Part shown: piece by piece, positions 18,998-28,446 of the stretch
How positions within the stretch are numbered: position 1 is the stretch's first letter
Layout of the letters: each line of letters begins with the position of its first letter
DNA from: Candidatus Multivoradales bacterium
GTDB lineage: Bacteria > Acidobacteriota > Thermoanaerobaculia > Multivoradales > Multivoraceae
Length of the DNA stretch: 64,000 nucleotides
Reading direction: 5' to 3'
Assembly (NCBI GenBank): GCA_965223325.1
Contig: CBDCWI010000002.1
Coordinates: 1,440,001 to 1,504,000, forward strand
The notes under the pieces: model-generated
The model's input: only the letters and a program-made list of their open reading frames with translations
The model's database searches: none
What the model was told of the DNA's origin: nothing
Program-made: the position numbers and the translations under genes

Positions 18998-19087
18998 ATG
19001 TCGAAAGCCTGGCGCAGCGTCGTGATCGTATTGGGCGCTTCCTTCTTCTTCTGCCTTCTGATCACCTACCTGACAATGTACTCCTAG
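18998..19087 (+). CDS. Small single-pass membrane protein, 29 aa (MSKAWRSVVIVLGASFFFCLLITYLTMYS)
   Basis: Strong SD AAAGGAG 6 nt before the ATG; one hydrophobic helix after a basic N-terminus; fills the gap after the DUF6644 pair; below the ORF-track length cutoff. Confidence 0.72.
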   Translation: MSKAWRSVVIVLGASFFFCLLITYLTMYS

Positions 19088-19119
19088 GAGCCCGTGGTGC
19101 ACGGTCCTGCGAGGCTGAG

Positions 19120-20010
19120 CTAGGTGCCGATGTCCTCGCTGGTCTCGACCGCTTCCGGCGGGCGGCGGGCGGACACGTAGGCGATCCAACTGCCTTCGTT
19201 GTCGAATTCGTCGACCGGCTGGAAATCGCCGTCGCCCTCCTCGTCCTCTTCGTCCCAGCCTTCCGTATAGACCACCGGGGCTTCGAAACCGACCTCGGTG
19301 AGGATCTCCCGCAACTCGGGCAACGTCCAGTAGCGCCAGTCGTAGCGGAAGGCGTGGCGCAGCTTCTTCTTCACGCCCGCGCCGGCGTTCCTCTTGACGC
19401 GCAGGTGAATCGAACACTGCAGGCTGTGATCGACCGGGTTGAACGAGACCTGTTCCCAGGTGTACGTCAGAGCGGGCACGCGGCGCCCGTCGGGGTCGAC
19501 CTTCTCGTCACGATCGGTGTCCTCCTCCAGACTCTGGAGCGACTCGGTGCCACCAAAGGTGTCGAGAAAGAACATGCCGCCCGGCACCAGGTTGTCGAAC
19601 GCTGCCTGAAAGTAGTCCCGCAAGCCGGCGCGGCCATGAAAGACGAAGAACGAGAAGTTGAAGGCACACACCACTTCGACCGGCTGGGTTGCAGGCTCGC
19701 GCACGTCGCCAAGGACGAGCTCGACCCGGTCGGCCGACGGGCCCAGCGGCGCGACCCGATGTTCGCGGCCCCAGGCGAGAGTTTCTTCATGCAGGTCGAC
19801 ACCCCAGGCTCGGTTGGTCGGCCGTCGGCCGACGAACTCCGCACAGAGAGACGCGCTCCCACAGAAGTCTTCGCGAAGGAGCTCGGGCGGCCGTCCCCAT
19901 GCGGCGGTGAAGGTCTCGTCGAGAAAGTCGACATCGGCGTCGACGTTCTGCACTGCTGACTCATAGAGCGCGTGTAGATCGACGGTGTAGGGGCCTTTGG
20001 GTTCTGTCAC
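19120..20010 (-). CDS. Class I SAM-dependent methyltransferase
   Basis: LYESAVQ, LREDFCGSA, GVDL, GDV, AFNFS, YDWRYWTLPE. Confidence 0.8.
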   Translation of the reverse strand: MTEPKGPYTVDLHALYESAVQNVDADVDFLDETFTAAWGRPPELLREDFCGSASLCAEFVGRRPTNRAWGVDLHEETLAWGREHRVAPLGPSADRVELVLGDVREPATQPVEVVCAFNFSFFVFHGRAGLRDYFQAAFDNLVPGGMFFLDTFGGTESLQSLEEDTDRDEKVDPDGRRVPALTYTWEQVSFNPVDHSLQCSIHLRVKRNAGAGVKKKLRHAFRYDWRYWTLPELREILTEVGFEAPVVYTEGWDEEDEEGDGDFQPVDEFDNEGSWIAYVSARRPPEAVETSEDIGT

Positions 20011-20265
20011 GGTCGACTCCTGGCGGAGGGCGGCAGCGGCCGCCGGTCGTTCAAGGCGTGAGGCAATGGTCCGAGAAGCGGCCGCATCCTACCGTCCCTT
20101 CTCGTGCTCGGAAAGAAACGCAGGGGTCTTCCTGCCGAAGGCCCCCTAAGCGCCTCGCGCTATACTGCTTTCGATCCCCAAACAAGGTAAGACCTACGGA
20201 CACGTTTTGACGCACGAGCACTCGAAAACTACTCCAAACGAGCCTTGCGCTCGAGAAGGCACATC

Positions 20266-21978
20266 ATGAAGAACTCCCCCCTGCGCCATGCATCGCTCGC
20301 CGCGCTGCTCCTCTCCCTGGCAGTCTTCACCATAGCTGCCGGTGCGCCTCCGGCGAACAACGCCGCTGACGTTGCCGAAGTCACCTACGCGGGCACGGTC
20401 GTCGACGCCGAAGGAGCTGCCGTCCGCGGCGCCACGGTCTCGATCTTTGCCAACGAACGCAACCGCAGCGTGAGCGTCTATTCCGACGAGACGGGTGCCT
20501 TCGAGCTGCCGCCGCTGCCAGGTGGTTCGGGCTACGAGCTCCGCGCCCGTCTGGTTGGCTATGAAGACGCCTGGGCAGACGCCTCGCCTGACGGCGGCAA
20601 GACCACGTTCACGATGAAGCCCGCGACTGGCTGGGATCTGCAACTGCAACGTCGCGCCCACGAGCTCATCTCGTTCCTCGAGTTTCCAAACGAAGCCGAT
20701 CGTTTGAACTTCAAGATGATGTGCACCTACTGCCATCAGGTCGGAACCCTCGGTTTCCGCTCGCCGGAAGAGCCGGTCGATTGGGAAGTCATGCTGACCC
20801 GCATGGACGGTTTCCAGGGGCTCTACAAGCACACCCAGGAAAACCTGGTCGACCTCGTCGTGGGTTCCTTCGGCCGTGACGCCGAGAAGAACTGGCCCGA
20901 GTTCGTCCCGCCCGAAGCACCCAAGGGCGACGCTCTGAACGCCGTCGTGCGCGAGTGGACGATGGGCCTGCTCAACGACGCCGTCATTCACGATCTCGAA
21001 CTCGGTAACGATGGCCTCATCTACACCGTTGACATGACGGCAGACGCAATCCAGACGCTCGATCCGCGAACCCATGAGCGCCAGGTCTACAGCATCCCCG
21101 GGGGCAAGGTCTACGGCTCGGAAGACCCACCGATCAAGGGCCCACACTCGATCGAAATGGCGGCCGACGGCAACATGTGGTTGACGCTCGCGCTGTCAGG
21201 CGAGATGGCGGAGTTCGACACCAAGTCCAAGGAATGGAAGATCGGCTCGGGTCATGTGGCGCCGCGGCCGAGAGCGGGCTACCCGCACACCCTGCGCTTC
21301 GCCGCCAACGGCCAGCTGTGGTGGACGGACGCGGCGCTCGGCGTCTTCGAACTCGATCCCAAGAGCTGGGATGGCGAGCGTTGGGACGTCACCTACTACA
21401 AACTGCCGTCGGCCGACCAGGTCCGAGGCGGCGGAGCGCGCGGCGAGTCGCGTGGGGTGACCCCCTACGGCATCGACGTGGCGCCGAATGGTCACATCTT
21501 CTACTCCAAGCTCAACGGGCAGCGTGTCGGCCGCATCATTCCTGACCTCGCCGACGACGATCCCGAGAAGATCGTCGAGTGGAAGCCACCGGTCCACGGT
21601 CCGCGCCGTCTGCACGTCGCGCCGAACGGCATCGTGTGGGTTCCCGGTTGGGCGAGTGGCGATCTGGCGTCGTTCGACCCCAACACCGAGGAGTGGGCGG
21701 TCTTCGATCTACCGCACGGCCCCGACTCACTCCCCTACGCGCTCAACATCAATCCGGTCTCGGGCGACGTCTGGATCACCGGCACTGGGACCGACTCGAT
21801 GTTGCGGTTCGATGTCGAGAAGGAAACGTTCGTCGAGTACCGCATGCCGACCCGGGTGACCTATACGCGTGAAATCGAGTTCGACGCCGAAGGCAACGCT
21901 TGGACGGTCAACTCGAACGCCCCCGTTCGGCACGTCGAGAACGGCATGGGGTCGATCATTCAGATCAGCCTCCGCTGA
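20266..21978 (+). CDS. Secreted protein: carboxypeptidase-regulatory-like domain, c-type heme domain and Vgb-like beta-propeller
   Basis: Signal peptide; GTVVDAEGAAVRGATV; CTYCH; repeated blades (GPHSI, YPHTL, TPYGI, GPRRL, LPYAL). Confidence 0.8.
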   Translation: MKNSPLRHASLAALLLSLAVFTIAAGAPPANNAADVAEVTYAGTVVDAEGAAVRGATVSIFANERNRSVSVYSDETGAFELPPLPGGSGYELRARLVGYEDAWADASPDGGKTTFTMKPATGWDLQLQRRAHELISFLEFPNEADRLNFKMMCTYCHQVGTLGFRSPEEPVDWEVMLTRMDGFQGLYKHTQENLVDLVVGSFGRDAEKNWPEFVPPEAPKGDALNAVVREWTMGLLNDAVIHDLELGNDGLIYTVDMTADAIQTLDPRTHERQVYSIPGGKVYGSEDPPIKGPHSIEMAADGNMWLTLALSGEMAEFDTKSKEWKIGSGHVAPRPRAGYPHTLRFAANGQLWWTDAALGVFELDPKSWDGERWDVTYYKLPSADQVRGGGARGESRGVTPYGIDVAPNGHIFYSKLNGQRVGRIIPDLADDDPEKIVEWKPPVHGPRRLHVAPNGIVWVPGWASGDLASFDPNTEEWAVFDLPHGPDSLPYALNINPVSGDVWITGTGTDSMLRFDVEKETFVEYRMPTRVTYTREIEFDAEGNAWTVNSNAPVRHVENGMGSIIQISLR

Positions 21979-22011
21979 TCCAACCGGCTTCGCCCGCTGC
22001 GATCGGCGAAC

Positions 22012-22046
22012 GAGAAAGGCCCGAGCTTCGGCTCGGGCCTTTTCTC
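22012..22046 (+). terminator. Rho-independent terminator with C(UUCG)G tetraloop
   Basis: AAAGGCCCGAGC-TTCG-GCTCGGGCCTTT followed by TCTC. Confidence 0.8.
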
Positions 22047-22141
22047 ATGGCTCACTGTTGGCGCTCTCGCGCACTCGCTATCATTGCCATCTCGATTCCC
22101 CATTAGAGAACCCCCGAAGAACTGACTGAAGGCTTGATGAG

Positions 22142-23497
22142 ATGAAACTCTCTCCGGCGACACCCGTCGTCCTCGCCGCGCTCCTCTCCTCGATCGGCAG
22201 CGTTTCTCCTATGGCGGCAAACCCCAGTGCTGCTAGCCAGGAGAGCGAAGAAGGAGACGCGCTTGCTGACGCACGCGCCGAGCTGGGCGATCTCTTGTTC
22301 CGTGAGCAACTGTTTACCAACCCGGCCTCCGACTTCCAGGCCAGCTGCGCGAGCTGTCACCAGACCGCCGGCACCCAGGCGGGAAGAGCAAAGCGGGTGT
22401 GGGCCGACTACACGAGCTTCAGCATGACCGCGCAGACCGAAACCACCGCCCGCAACACGCCGACCATCAACGGTCCCTGGACGGAAGGCACCCCGCTTGG
22501 CTGGGCCGGTGGCTGGACCTCGATGGAGGAACTGGTGCGCGAGAAGCTGCTCGGTCCGATCAACGGCTGGAAGCCAGAAGATCTAGAGCGCGCGAAGTCG
22601 TCGATTCACTTCACCCTGGTCGAAGAGGGAAGCGGCGGCGGAGCTGGGCCAGACTACGTCGAACGTTTCAAGACGGCTTGGAACATCGACATCAGCAAGC
22701 TCAGCATCCCCGACACCATCGACAGCGCGGTGCGTGCACTCGCCGCCTACACCAGAGAGATCGAGTCGACCACTTCACGCTGGGACGCGTTTGCCACCCA
22801 GAACCGCCTACGCCCGGCGCCCAACCCAGGCGAAACACCGGACAACTACGCGTTCGCACTCGAAAGCAGAATCGGCAACCAGGAGGGCCGCCGGCTGATC
22901 CGACGTCCCGAAGGGATGAGCCAGGAAGCCTATGAAGGCTTCAAGACCTTCTTCCGCGTCTACGGAGAGGAGGACCAGCCGATCGGCAACTGCGTCGCCT
23001 GTCATGTCCCGCCCCGTTTTACCGACGACAGTTTCCATGTCATCGGCACCGCGGCCCTTCAGTACGAGCGCGTTCACGGCGAAGGTTCGTGGGCTGAGTA
23101 CGACGTTCCAGCCACTCCGAGTAGTGCAACGGCCCTACCCGCGACTGCGGGAGAACCGTCGCGAGCTGACCTCGGCTACTGGAACCATGCACCAGAGGCT
23201 GAGCGTGACCAGTGGCTCGGCGCCTTCAAGACACCACCGCTGCGCAATTTGAGTGGTACCGACCCCTACTTCCACGACGGCAGTCTGGAGTCGCTCGAAG
23301 AGGTAGTGAGAACCAAGATCGCCATGGCAGAGTTCGCCCGGTCTGAGGACGAGAGCGCTCAGGGCCTCGACCCTGAACTCCGCAAGATCAATCTCAGCGA
23401 CGAAGACATCGCACCGCTGGTGGCGTTCCTGCGCACGCTCGACGATGTTGGCAAAGACAACTTTCGCCACTACCTGATCCACTTCGAAGACAACTGA
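22142..23497 (+). CDS. Diheme cytochrome c peroxidase / MauG family protein
   Basis: Signal peptide; LGDLLF, CASCH, RNTPT, GNCVACH, FTD, FKTPPLRN, PYFHDG. Confidence 0.88.
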   Translation: MKLSPATPVVLAALLSSIGSVSPMAANPSAASQESEEGDALADARAELGDLLFREQLFTNPASDFQASCASCHQTAGTQAGRAKRVWADYTSFSMTAQTETTARNTPTINGPWTEGTPLGWAGGWTSMEELVREKLLGPINGWKPEDLERAKSSIHFTLVEEGSGGGAGPDYVERFKTAWNIDISKLSIPDTIDSAVRALAAYTREIESTTSRWDAFATQNRLRPAPNPGETPDNYAFALESRIGNQEGRRLIRRPEGMSQEAYEGFKTFFRVYGEEDQPIGNCVACHVPPRFTDDSFHVIGTAALQYERVHGEGSWAEYDVPATPSSATALPATAGEPSRADLGYWNHAPEAERDQWLGAFKTPPLRNLSGTDPYFHDGSLESLEEVVRTKIAMAEFARSEDESAQGLDPELRKINLSDEDIAPLVAFLRTLDDVGKDNFRHYLIHFEDN

Positions 23498-23519
23498 CTT
23501 CGGTGTCGAGGGCGCCGCT

Positions 23520-24743
23520 TTGACTCTTAGTCGGCCGCTTCGCTTCATCGTCGTCGCGGCTCTTGCGGCCGTGCTCTGGGGCTGCGCGACGGCCACGCCT
23601 CTCCGGGTTGGCACGAGCGGTGACTATCCGCCCTTCTCGGTCAGCGTTCCTACCGAGCGCCACGAGGAGCGTGGGCAGGCGGCCCCAACCAGGACCGGCA
23701 TCGAGATCGAGCTCGCGGAACGGGTCGCCGAGGAACTCGGCTTTCGCATCGTATGGGTGCCCTTTCGCTGGCCTGAACTCAGTGCCGACGTCGCTGCCAG
23801 CCGATTCGATGTCGCCATGAGCGGCGTGACCTGGCGACCGGAGCGCGCGGCCCGTGGCCAGATGACGAGAGCCTGGGCAGTGGGTGGACCGTGCACCGTC
23901 GGCAACCCGGAGCGCGGCTCGCCGGAGCGCCCCTCCCGCATCGCCGTCAACCGAGGTGGCGTTCTCGAACACTTCGCGCGCACCCGGTTTCCCGAAGCGC
24001 CGGGCTCGGGCTGGCGGGTCATAGCGGTCGACGACAACCGCAGTCTGCCGCGGCTTCTCGCGACCGGCGAAGTCGACGCCTTCGTCACCGACAGTTTCGA
24101 GATCGAGAGCTTTCGCTCCGAGGAGATGCCCTTTGCCTGCGAGCCGCGAACCGACCGCAAGGTCTGGTGGACGACGCCGGGAGCGCCCGACGGACTCGCC
24201 GAGCGGCTCGATCGGTTCCTGGCGCAGCACGAAGGAGAGATTCGAGTCCTAAGGCGCGCATCTTTTGGCCAGGCCCAGGCACGCAGCGAGCTCGACCACC
24301 TGGTCGACCTGCTCGACCGCCGCCTCGCCTTCATGCCGCACGTCGCGCGCATCAAACAGGCACGAGGTCTGGCGATCGAAGTGCCCGAACGTGAGGCGGT
24401 GGTGGCCGAGAGCGCCGCCCGGGCGGCACGAGCCGCGGGGCTCGACCCAACGGCGGTGCGAGACCTTTTCGCACTCCAGATCGAGCTGGCGAAGAAGATC
24501 CAACGCCAGACGCTCGCCGACCTCGAGAGCGGAGAGATCGAAAGTGACAGCCCGCTGACCCTCGAAGAGATCCGGCCCGTCCTCCTTCGACTCGGCGAAC
24601 AGATCGTCGAAGCACTCTCCAACCTCCCTCCGCTCGACGGGCCGGAAGCTGGTGCGCAGGAGTTCTCCCTCCTCGAGAGCCGGCTCCCCGCCGCCGAGAT
24701 CAACCAGCTACGCCGTGCGGTCCTCCAGGCAGCGTCTCCGTGA
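23520..24743 (+). CDS. Exported lipoprotein fusing a cyclohexadienyl dehydratase-like (SBP family 3 fold) domain to an AroQ-gamma-type chorismate mutase
   Basis: Lipobox LWGC; LRVGTSGDYPPFS, FDVAMSGV, VNRGG, VTD; C-terminal LLDRRLAFMPHVARIK...PERE...FALQIELAKKIQ...IRPVL. Confidence 0.75.
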   Translation: MTLSRPLRFIVVAALAAVLWGCATATPLRVGTSGDYPPFSVSVPTERHEERGQAAPTRTGIEIELAERVAEELGFRIVWVPFRWPELSADVAASRFDVAMSGVTWRPERAARGQMTRAWAVGGPCTVGNPERGSPERPSRIAVNRGGVLEHFARTRFPEAPGSGWRVIAVDDNRSLPRLLATGEVDAFVTDSFEIESFRSEEMPFACEPRTDRKVWWTTPGAPDGLAERLDRFLAQHEGEIRVLRRASFGQAQARSELDHLVDLLDRRLAFMPHVARIKQARGLAIEVPEREAVVAESAARAARAAGLDPTAVRDLFALQIELAKKIQRQTLADLESGEIESDSPLTLEEIRPVLLRLGEQIVEALSNLPPLDGPEAGAQEFSLLESRLPAAEINQLRRAVLQAASP

Positions 24744-24991
24744 CGACCGCAGGATTCCACCACCGGGCCCTCGAGACGCCGGCGAACCCCCAACCAGCCC
24801 GAACGCCTTCCAACGGCAATCATGGGGGAATTGTAGAATTTTGCCTTATCGTTTAGTGGCGATCATCTCCGGTCATCTGTATATTCTGTAAACGAGAGAT
24901 TTCTCTACTGGTCGTGCTCTCGCCAGCCTCCCCGTTCTGTCGTTCCGATGCGACAGACGCTTCCCTCCCTCCTTCCTCCAGGTATCCCGCC

Positions 24992-27900
24992 ATGCTTCGA
25001 CCTACGTTCGCTTCCCTGTTCCTCGCTTCTCTCTTTGCCACGGCCGCAATGGCCAACATCACCGGCCAGGTCTTCATCGATCACGGCGACGACGGCACGC
25101 GCAACGCCAACGACGCGGGCCTCGCCGGAATCCAGGTGCAGGTTTTCGATGCCACCGGAGCAGCGGCGGGCAGCGCAACGACCGTCTACTGCACCGGGGC
25201 CGGTGCCCCGGTCGCCGACTGCGCGTCGGCAACCGACGCCGGGCACTACAACGTCGCAGTCGCCGGAACGGCTCCTTTCCGGGTCGAGTTCATTCTGCCG
25301 GCGGGGGTCGAGCCGAGCCAGTTCGGCGCTGAGTCTGGGACCACCGTCCAGTTCGTCGCCACGGCCAACGAATCAGGGGTCGACCTCGGTGTCTTGTCGC
25401 CATCGCTGTTTTGCGAAGACGATCCGCGCGTCGCGGTGTCGTGCTACGAAGAGGGTAGCGCCACTGGCAATGCAAACAGCGCCTACGTCTCCTGGCCCTG
25501 GACCCAGGCAGGCGACGCCGTTCCTCCACGCAGCGACGCGACGATCGGAGAACTCGGCACCGTCTGGGGCGCCGCTTATCAACGCGCTACGCAACGCATC
25601 TTCACCACCGCCGTTGTCCGCCGCCACTCCGGGCTCGGGGACCAGGGGACCGGCGGGGTCTACGTTCTCGACTACGCGACCGCCGGCGTTCCGCTGGCGA
25701 CCAAGTTCGACCTCGCCGGCGTCGTACCGGACAACGGCGGCGCAGCGCTCGACTTCGGCAACGTCTGCCGGGCGGCAGGCGCCTGCGTGACTGCCGGAAC
25801 CGGCATCGTGGCGGACTACACCCTGGCCGCCGGCGGAATGCCGTCGATCGACCTCGACGCCTACAACAAGGTCGGGCGCGCCGGAATCGGCGACGCCGAC
25901 ATGGCGGGCGATGACAAGACGCTCTGGTTGGTCAATCTCAACGACGCCGAGCTGATCTCTGTCGATGTCAGCGGTGACGCCGGTTCCCTACCCGGCGCAG
26001 TCAACCGTTTCGCGGTCTCGGGGTCAGGGGACTGGCCTGTCTGTGCCGATGCCAGCCCTTTCGTCCCCTGGGGCCTGGCCTTCCGCCTCGGCCGCGGCTT
26101 CCTGGGTGGTGTGTGCACAGCCGAGTCGAGTTCAGACCCCGCGAACCTGGCGGCCTTCGTTCTCGAATTCGACCCGGCTGATCCGGTCGGAACTCTCACC
26201 GAGGTCCTCACCTTCAGCCTCGCTTTCAACCGCGAGGAGTCGGTGGTTGGAGACAAACCCGGTGAGTGGCAGGACTGGACCACCGTCTGGCCGCACGGCA
26301 ACAACAACGCCTTCTTTCAGTTCTTCGTCGGGCGACCATCGCCGATTCTGAGCGACATCGACTTCGCCAGCGACGGCTCGATGATCCTCGGTTTCATCGA
26401 CCGTCACGGTATGCAGCTGGCCTCCTATCAGGCCCCCGCTGTTTCAGGTGGTGGCACCAACAACTACTCCGCCACCATGGCCGGCGACATCATGCGAGTC
26501 TGCGACGTCGATGGTGTCTGGCGCCCGGCAGGGCATGCCGACTGCCCCTCTGGCGACGCTGGCGCGGCGCCCAACGAACTTGACGACGGCCCGTTTGGAG
26601 GCGGTGAGTTCTTCAACGAAGATCGACTGCTCAGCGGCGCCTCGCACATGGAAGTCGCTACTGGCTCGGTGTCGGTGCTGCCAGGCTCGACCGAGGTCAT
26701 GAGCACGGTCATCGACCCGTTCGTCATCGATACCAGCGGTGTACATCGCTACAGCACCGTCGATGGGTCGAAGAACGCCGGTTACCTCGTGTACTCGGGC
26801 GGTGGTAGCGGCGCCAACCCGATCGTCAACAAGGCTCAGGCGCTCGGCGACCTCGAGCTGGCCTGCTCGCCGGCCCCGGTCCAGGTCGGCAACTACATCT
26901 GGTCCGACACCGACGAGAACGGCGTGATGGACCCTGGTGAGCCTGCGCTCGGCGGTGTTGGAGTATCGGTCTACGACGACAGCGGCAACCTCATCGGGAT
27001 GACGACTACCGACGGCAGCGGCCGCTACCTGTTCGACTTCGCACAGTCCGCAATCGTCGACCCGGACCCGATGGACAACCAGATCCTGCTTGCCGACCCC
27101 TTCGACGCCAACTACTACATCGAAGTCAAAGCCTCCAACTTCAACGCTGGGCAGCCGCTCGACGGTTTGACCGCTGCAACGCCTGACAACGACGGTTCGG
27201 CCGGCGGTGACAAGCGCGACTCAGACGGCGTAGCCATCAACATCCCGGGGGTCGGCGCCGGCCTCGGCGTTCAGTTCACCCTTGGCAGCCACGGCCAGAA
27301 CAACCACAGCTACGACTTCGGCTTCGTTGGCGCGGTTGCTGTGCCCGACCTTTCGCTCGGCAATCGCGTTTGGCTCGACATGGGAGTCGGCGTAGGTGAG
27401 CTCAACAACGGCCAGCTCGACGCTGGCGAGTCAGGCATTGCTTCGGTACAGGTCGAGCTCCTCAACGCCGCGGGTGCGCCGGTCGACCTCGGCAGTGGGC
27501 CGGTGACCACCACCACCGATGCCCAGGGCCACTACCTGTTCGACAACCTGCCGGCCGGCACCTATCGGGTGCGCCTTTCGGCCTCCAACTTCGGAACTGG
27601 CCAGCCGCTCGCCGGCCTGGTGAGTTCAACTCCCACCGAGCTCACTCCCGACAGCGACATCGATAGCAACGACAACGGCATCGATGCGGCCACTCCCACC
27701 ACCACCGGAATCACCAGCGGCCCGGTGACCTTGGCGCTCAACCTCGAGCCCATCGGCGAAACCGACCTCGGTGCGCTGGGGCCGGGCGGGGCCGAGAACG
27801 ACGACTCCAACCTGACGGTGGACTTCGGTCTCTTCCAACCTCTTTCGCTTGGCAACCTGGTGTGGTCCGATGCCGACAACAGCGGTGACGTGAACGCCGG

Positions 27901-28417
27901 CGAGCTCGGCATTCCTGGCGTGACGCTCAACCTCCTCGATGGAGCCGGCGTTCCCGTGCTGGGCGGCGACGGTCTTCCGCGAACGACGACCACCGACGCC
28001 TCCGGGCACTACCTCTTCGACCTTCTGGCACCAGGTGTCTATATGGTCGAGATTCCGGCGACGGAGTTCCAGCCCGGGGGCGTCCTCAGCGGAGGCACCA
28101 GCTCGAACGGTCCCGCCGAGGAGGGTGACCCCAACCTCGATGGCGACGACAACGACAATGGCGTCGACCCGGCAGATGCGGCGGTCGACGGCGTGCGCAG
28201 CAACCCGGTCACCATCACCTACACTGCCGAGCCACTCGCCGAGGGAGACCCCTCCGGCAACGCCACCGATTCGAACTCGAACCTGACGGTCGACTTCGGC
28301 ATCTTCGGCGTCGTCATCGAGATCTACACCGTGCCAACGCTCGGTGGCGCAGGCCTGATGACACTCCTGGCCCTGATCTCGCTCTTGGCTATGCGTCGTT
28401 TGCGGAGGATCAGCTAG
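24992..28417 (+). CDS. Large secreted SdrD B-like domain protein with IPTL-CTERM-like sorting tail
   Basis: Signal peptide; SdrD-B starts ITGQVFID, VGNYIWSD, LGNRVWLD, LGNLVWSD; NLTVDFG ends; C-terminus VPTL + TM + RRLRR. Confidence 0.88.
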   Translation: MLRPTFASLFLASLFATAAMANITGQVFIDHGDDGTRNANDAGLAGIQVQVFDATGAAAGSATTVYCTGAGAPVADCASATDAGHYNVAVAGTAPFRVEFILPAGVEPSQFGAESGTTVQFVATANESGVDLGVLSPSLFCEDDPRVAVSCYEEGSATGNANSAYVSWPWTQAGDAVPPRSDATIGELGTVWGAAYQRATQRIFTTAVVRRHSGLGDQGTGGVYVLDYATAGVPLATKFDLAGVVPDNGGAALDFGNVCRAAGACVTAGTGIVADYTLAAGGMPSIDLDAYNKVGRAGIGDADMAGDDKTLWLVNLNDAELISVDVSGDAGSLPGAVNRFAVSGSGDWPVCADASPFVPWGLAFRLGRGFLGGVCTAESSSDPANLAAFVLEFDPADPVGTLTEVLTFSLAFNREESVVGDKPGEWQDWTTVWPHGNNNAFFQFFVGRPSPILSDIDFASDGSMILGFIDRHGMQLASYQAPAVSGGGTNNYSATMAGDIMRVCDVDGVWRPAGHADCPSGDAGAAPNELDDGPFGGGEFFNEDRLLSGASHMEVATGSVSVLPGSTEVMSTVIDPFVIDTSGVHRYSTVDGSKNAGYLVYSGGGSGANPIVNKAQALGDLELACSPAPVQVGNYIWSDTDENGVMDPGEPALGGVGVSVYDDSGNLIGMTTTDGSGRYLFDFAQSAIVDPDPMDNQILLADPFDANYYIEVKASNFNAGQPLDGLTAATPDNDGSAGGDKRDSDGVAINIPGVGAGLGVQFTLGSHGQNNHSYDFGFVGAVAVPDLSLGNRVWLDMGVGVGELNNGQLDAGESGIASVQVELLNAAGAPVDLGSGPVTTTTDAQGHYLFDNLPAGTYRVRLSASNFGTGQPLAGLVSSTPTELTPDSDIDSNDNGIDAATPTTTGITSGPVTLALNLEPIGETDLGALGPGGAENDDSNLTVDFGLFQPLSLGNLVWSDADNSGDVNAGELGIPGVTLNLLDGAGVPVLGGDGLPRTTTTDASGHYLFDLLAPGVYMVEIPATEFQPGGVLSGGTSSNGPAEEGDPNLDGDDNDNGVDPADAAVDGVRSNPVTITYTAEPLAEGDPSGNATDSNSNLTVDFGIFGVVIEIYTVPTLGGAGLMTLLALISLLAMRRLRRIS

Positions 28418-28446
28418 AGCTACGTCGGCCTGACCGCAGCGGGCGG

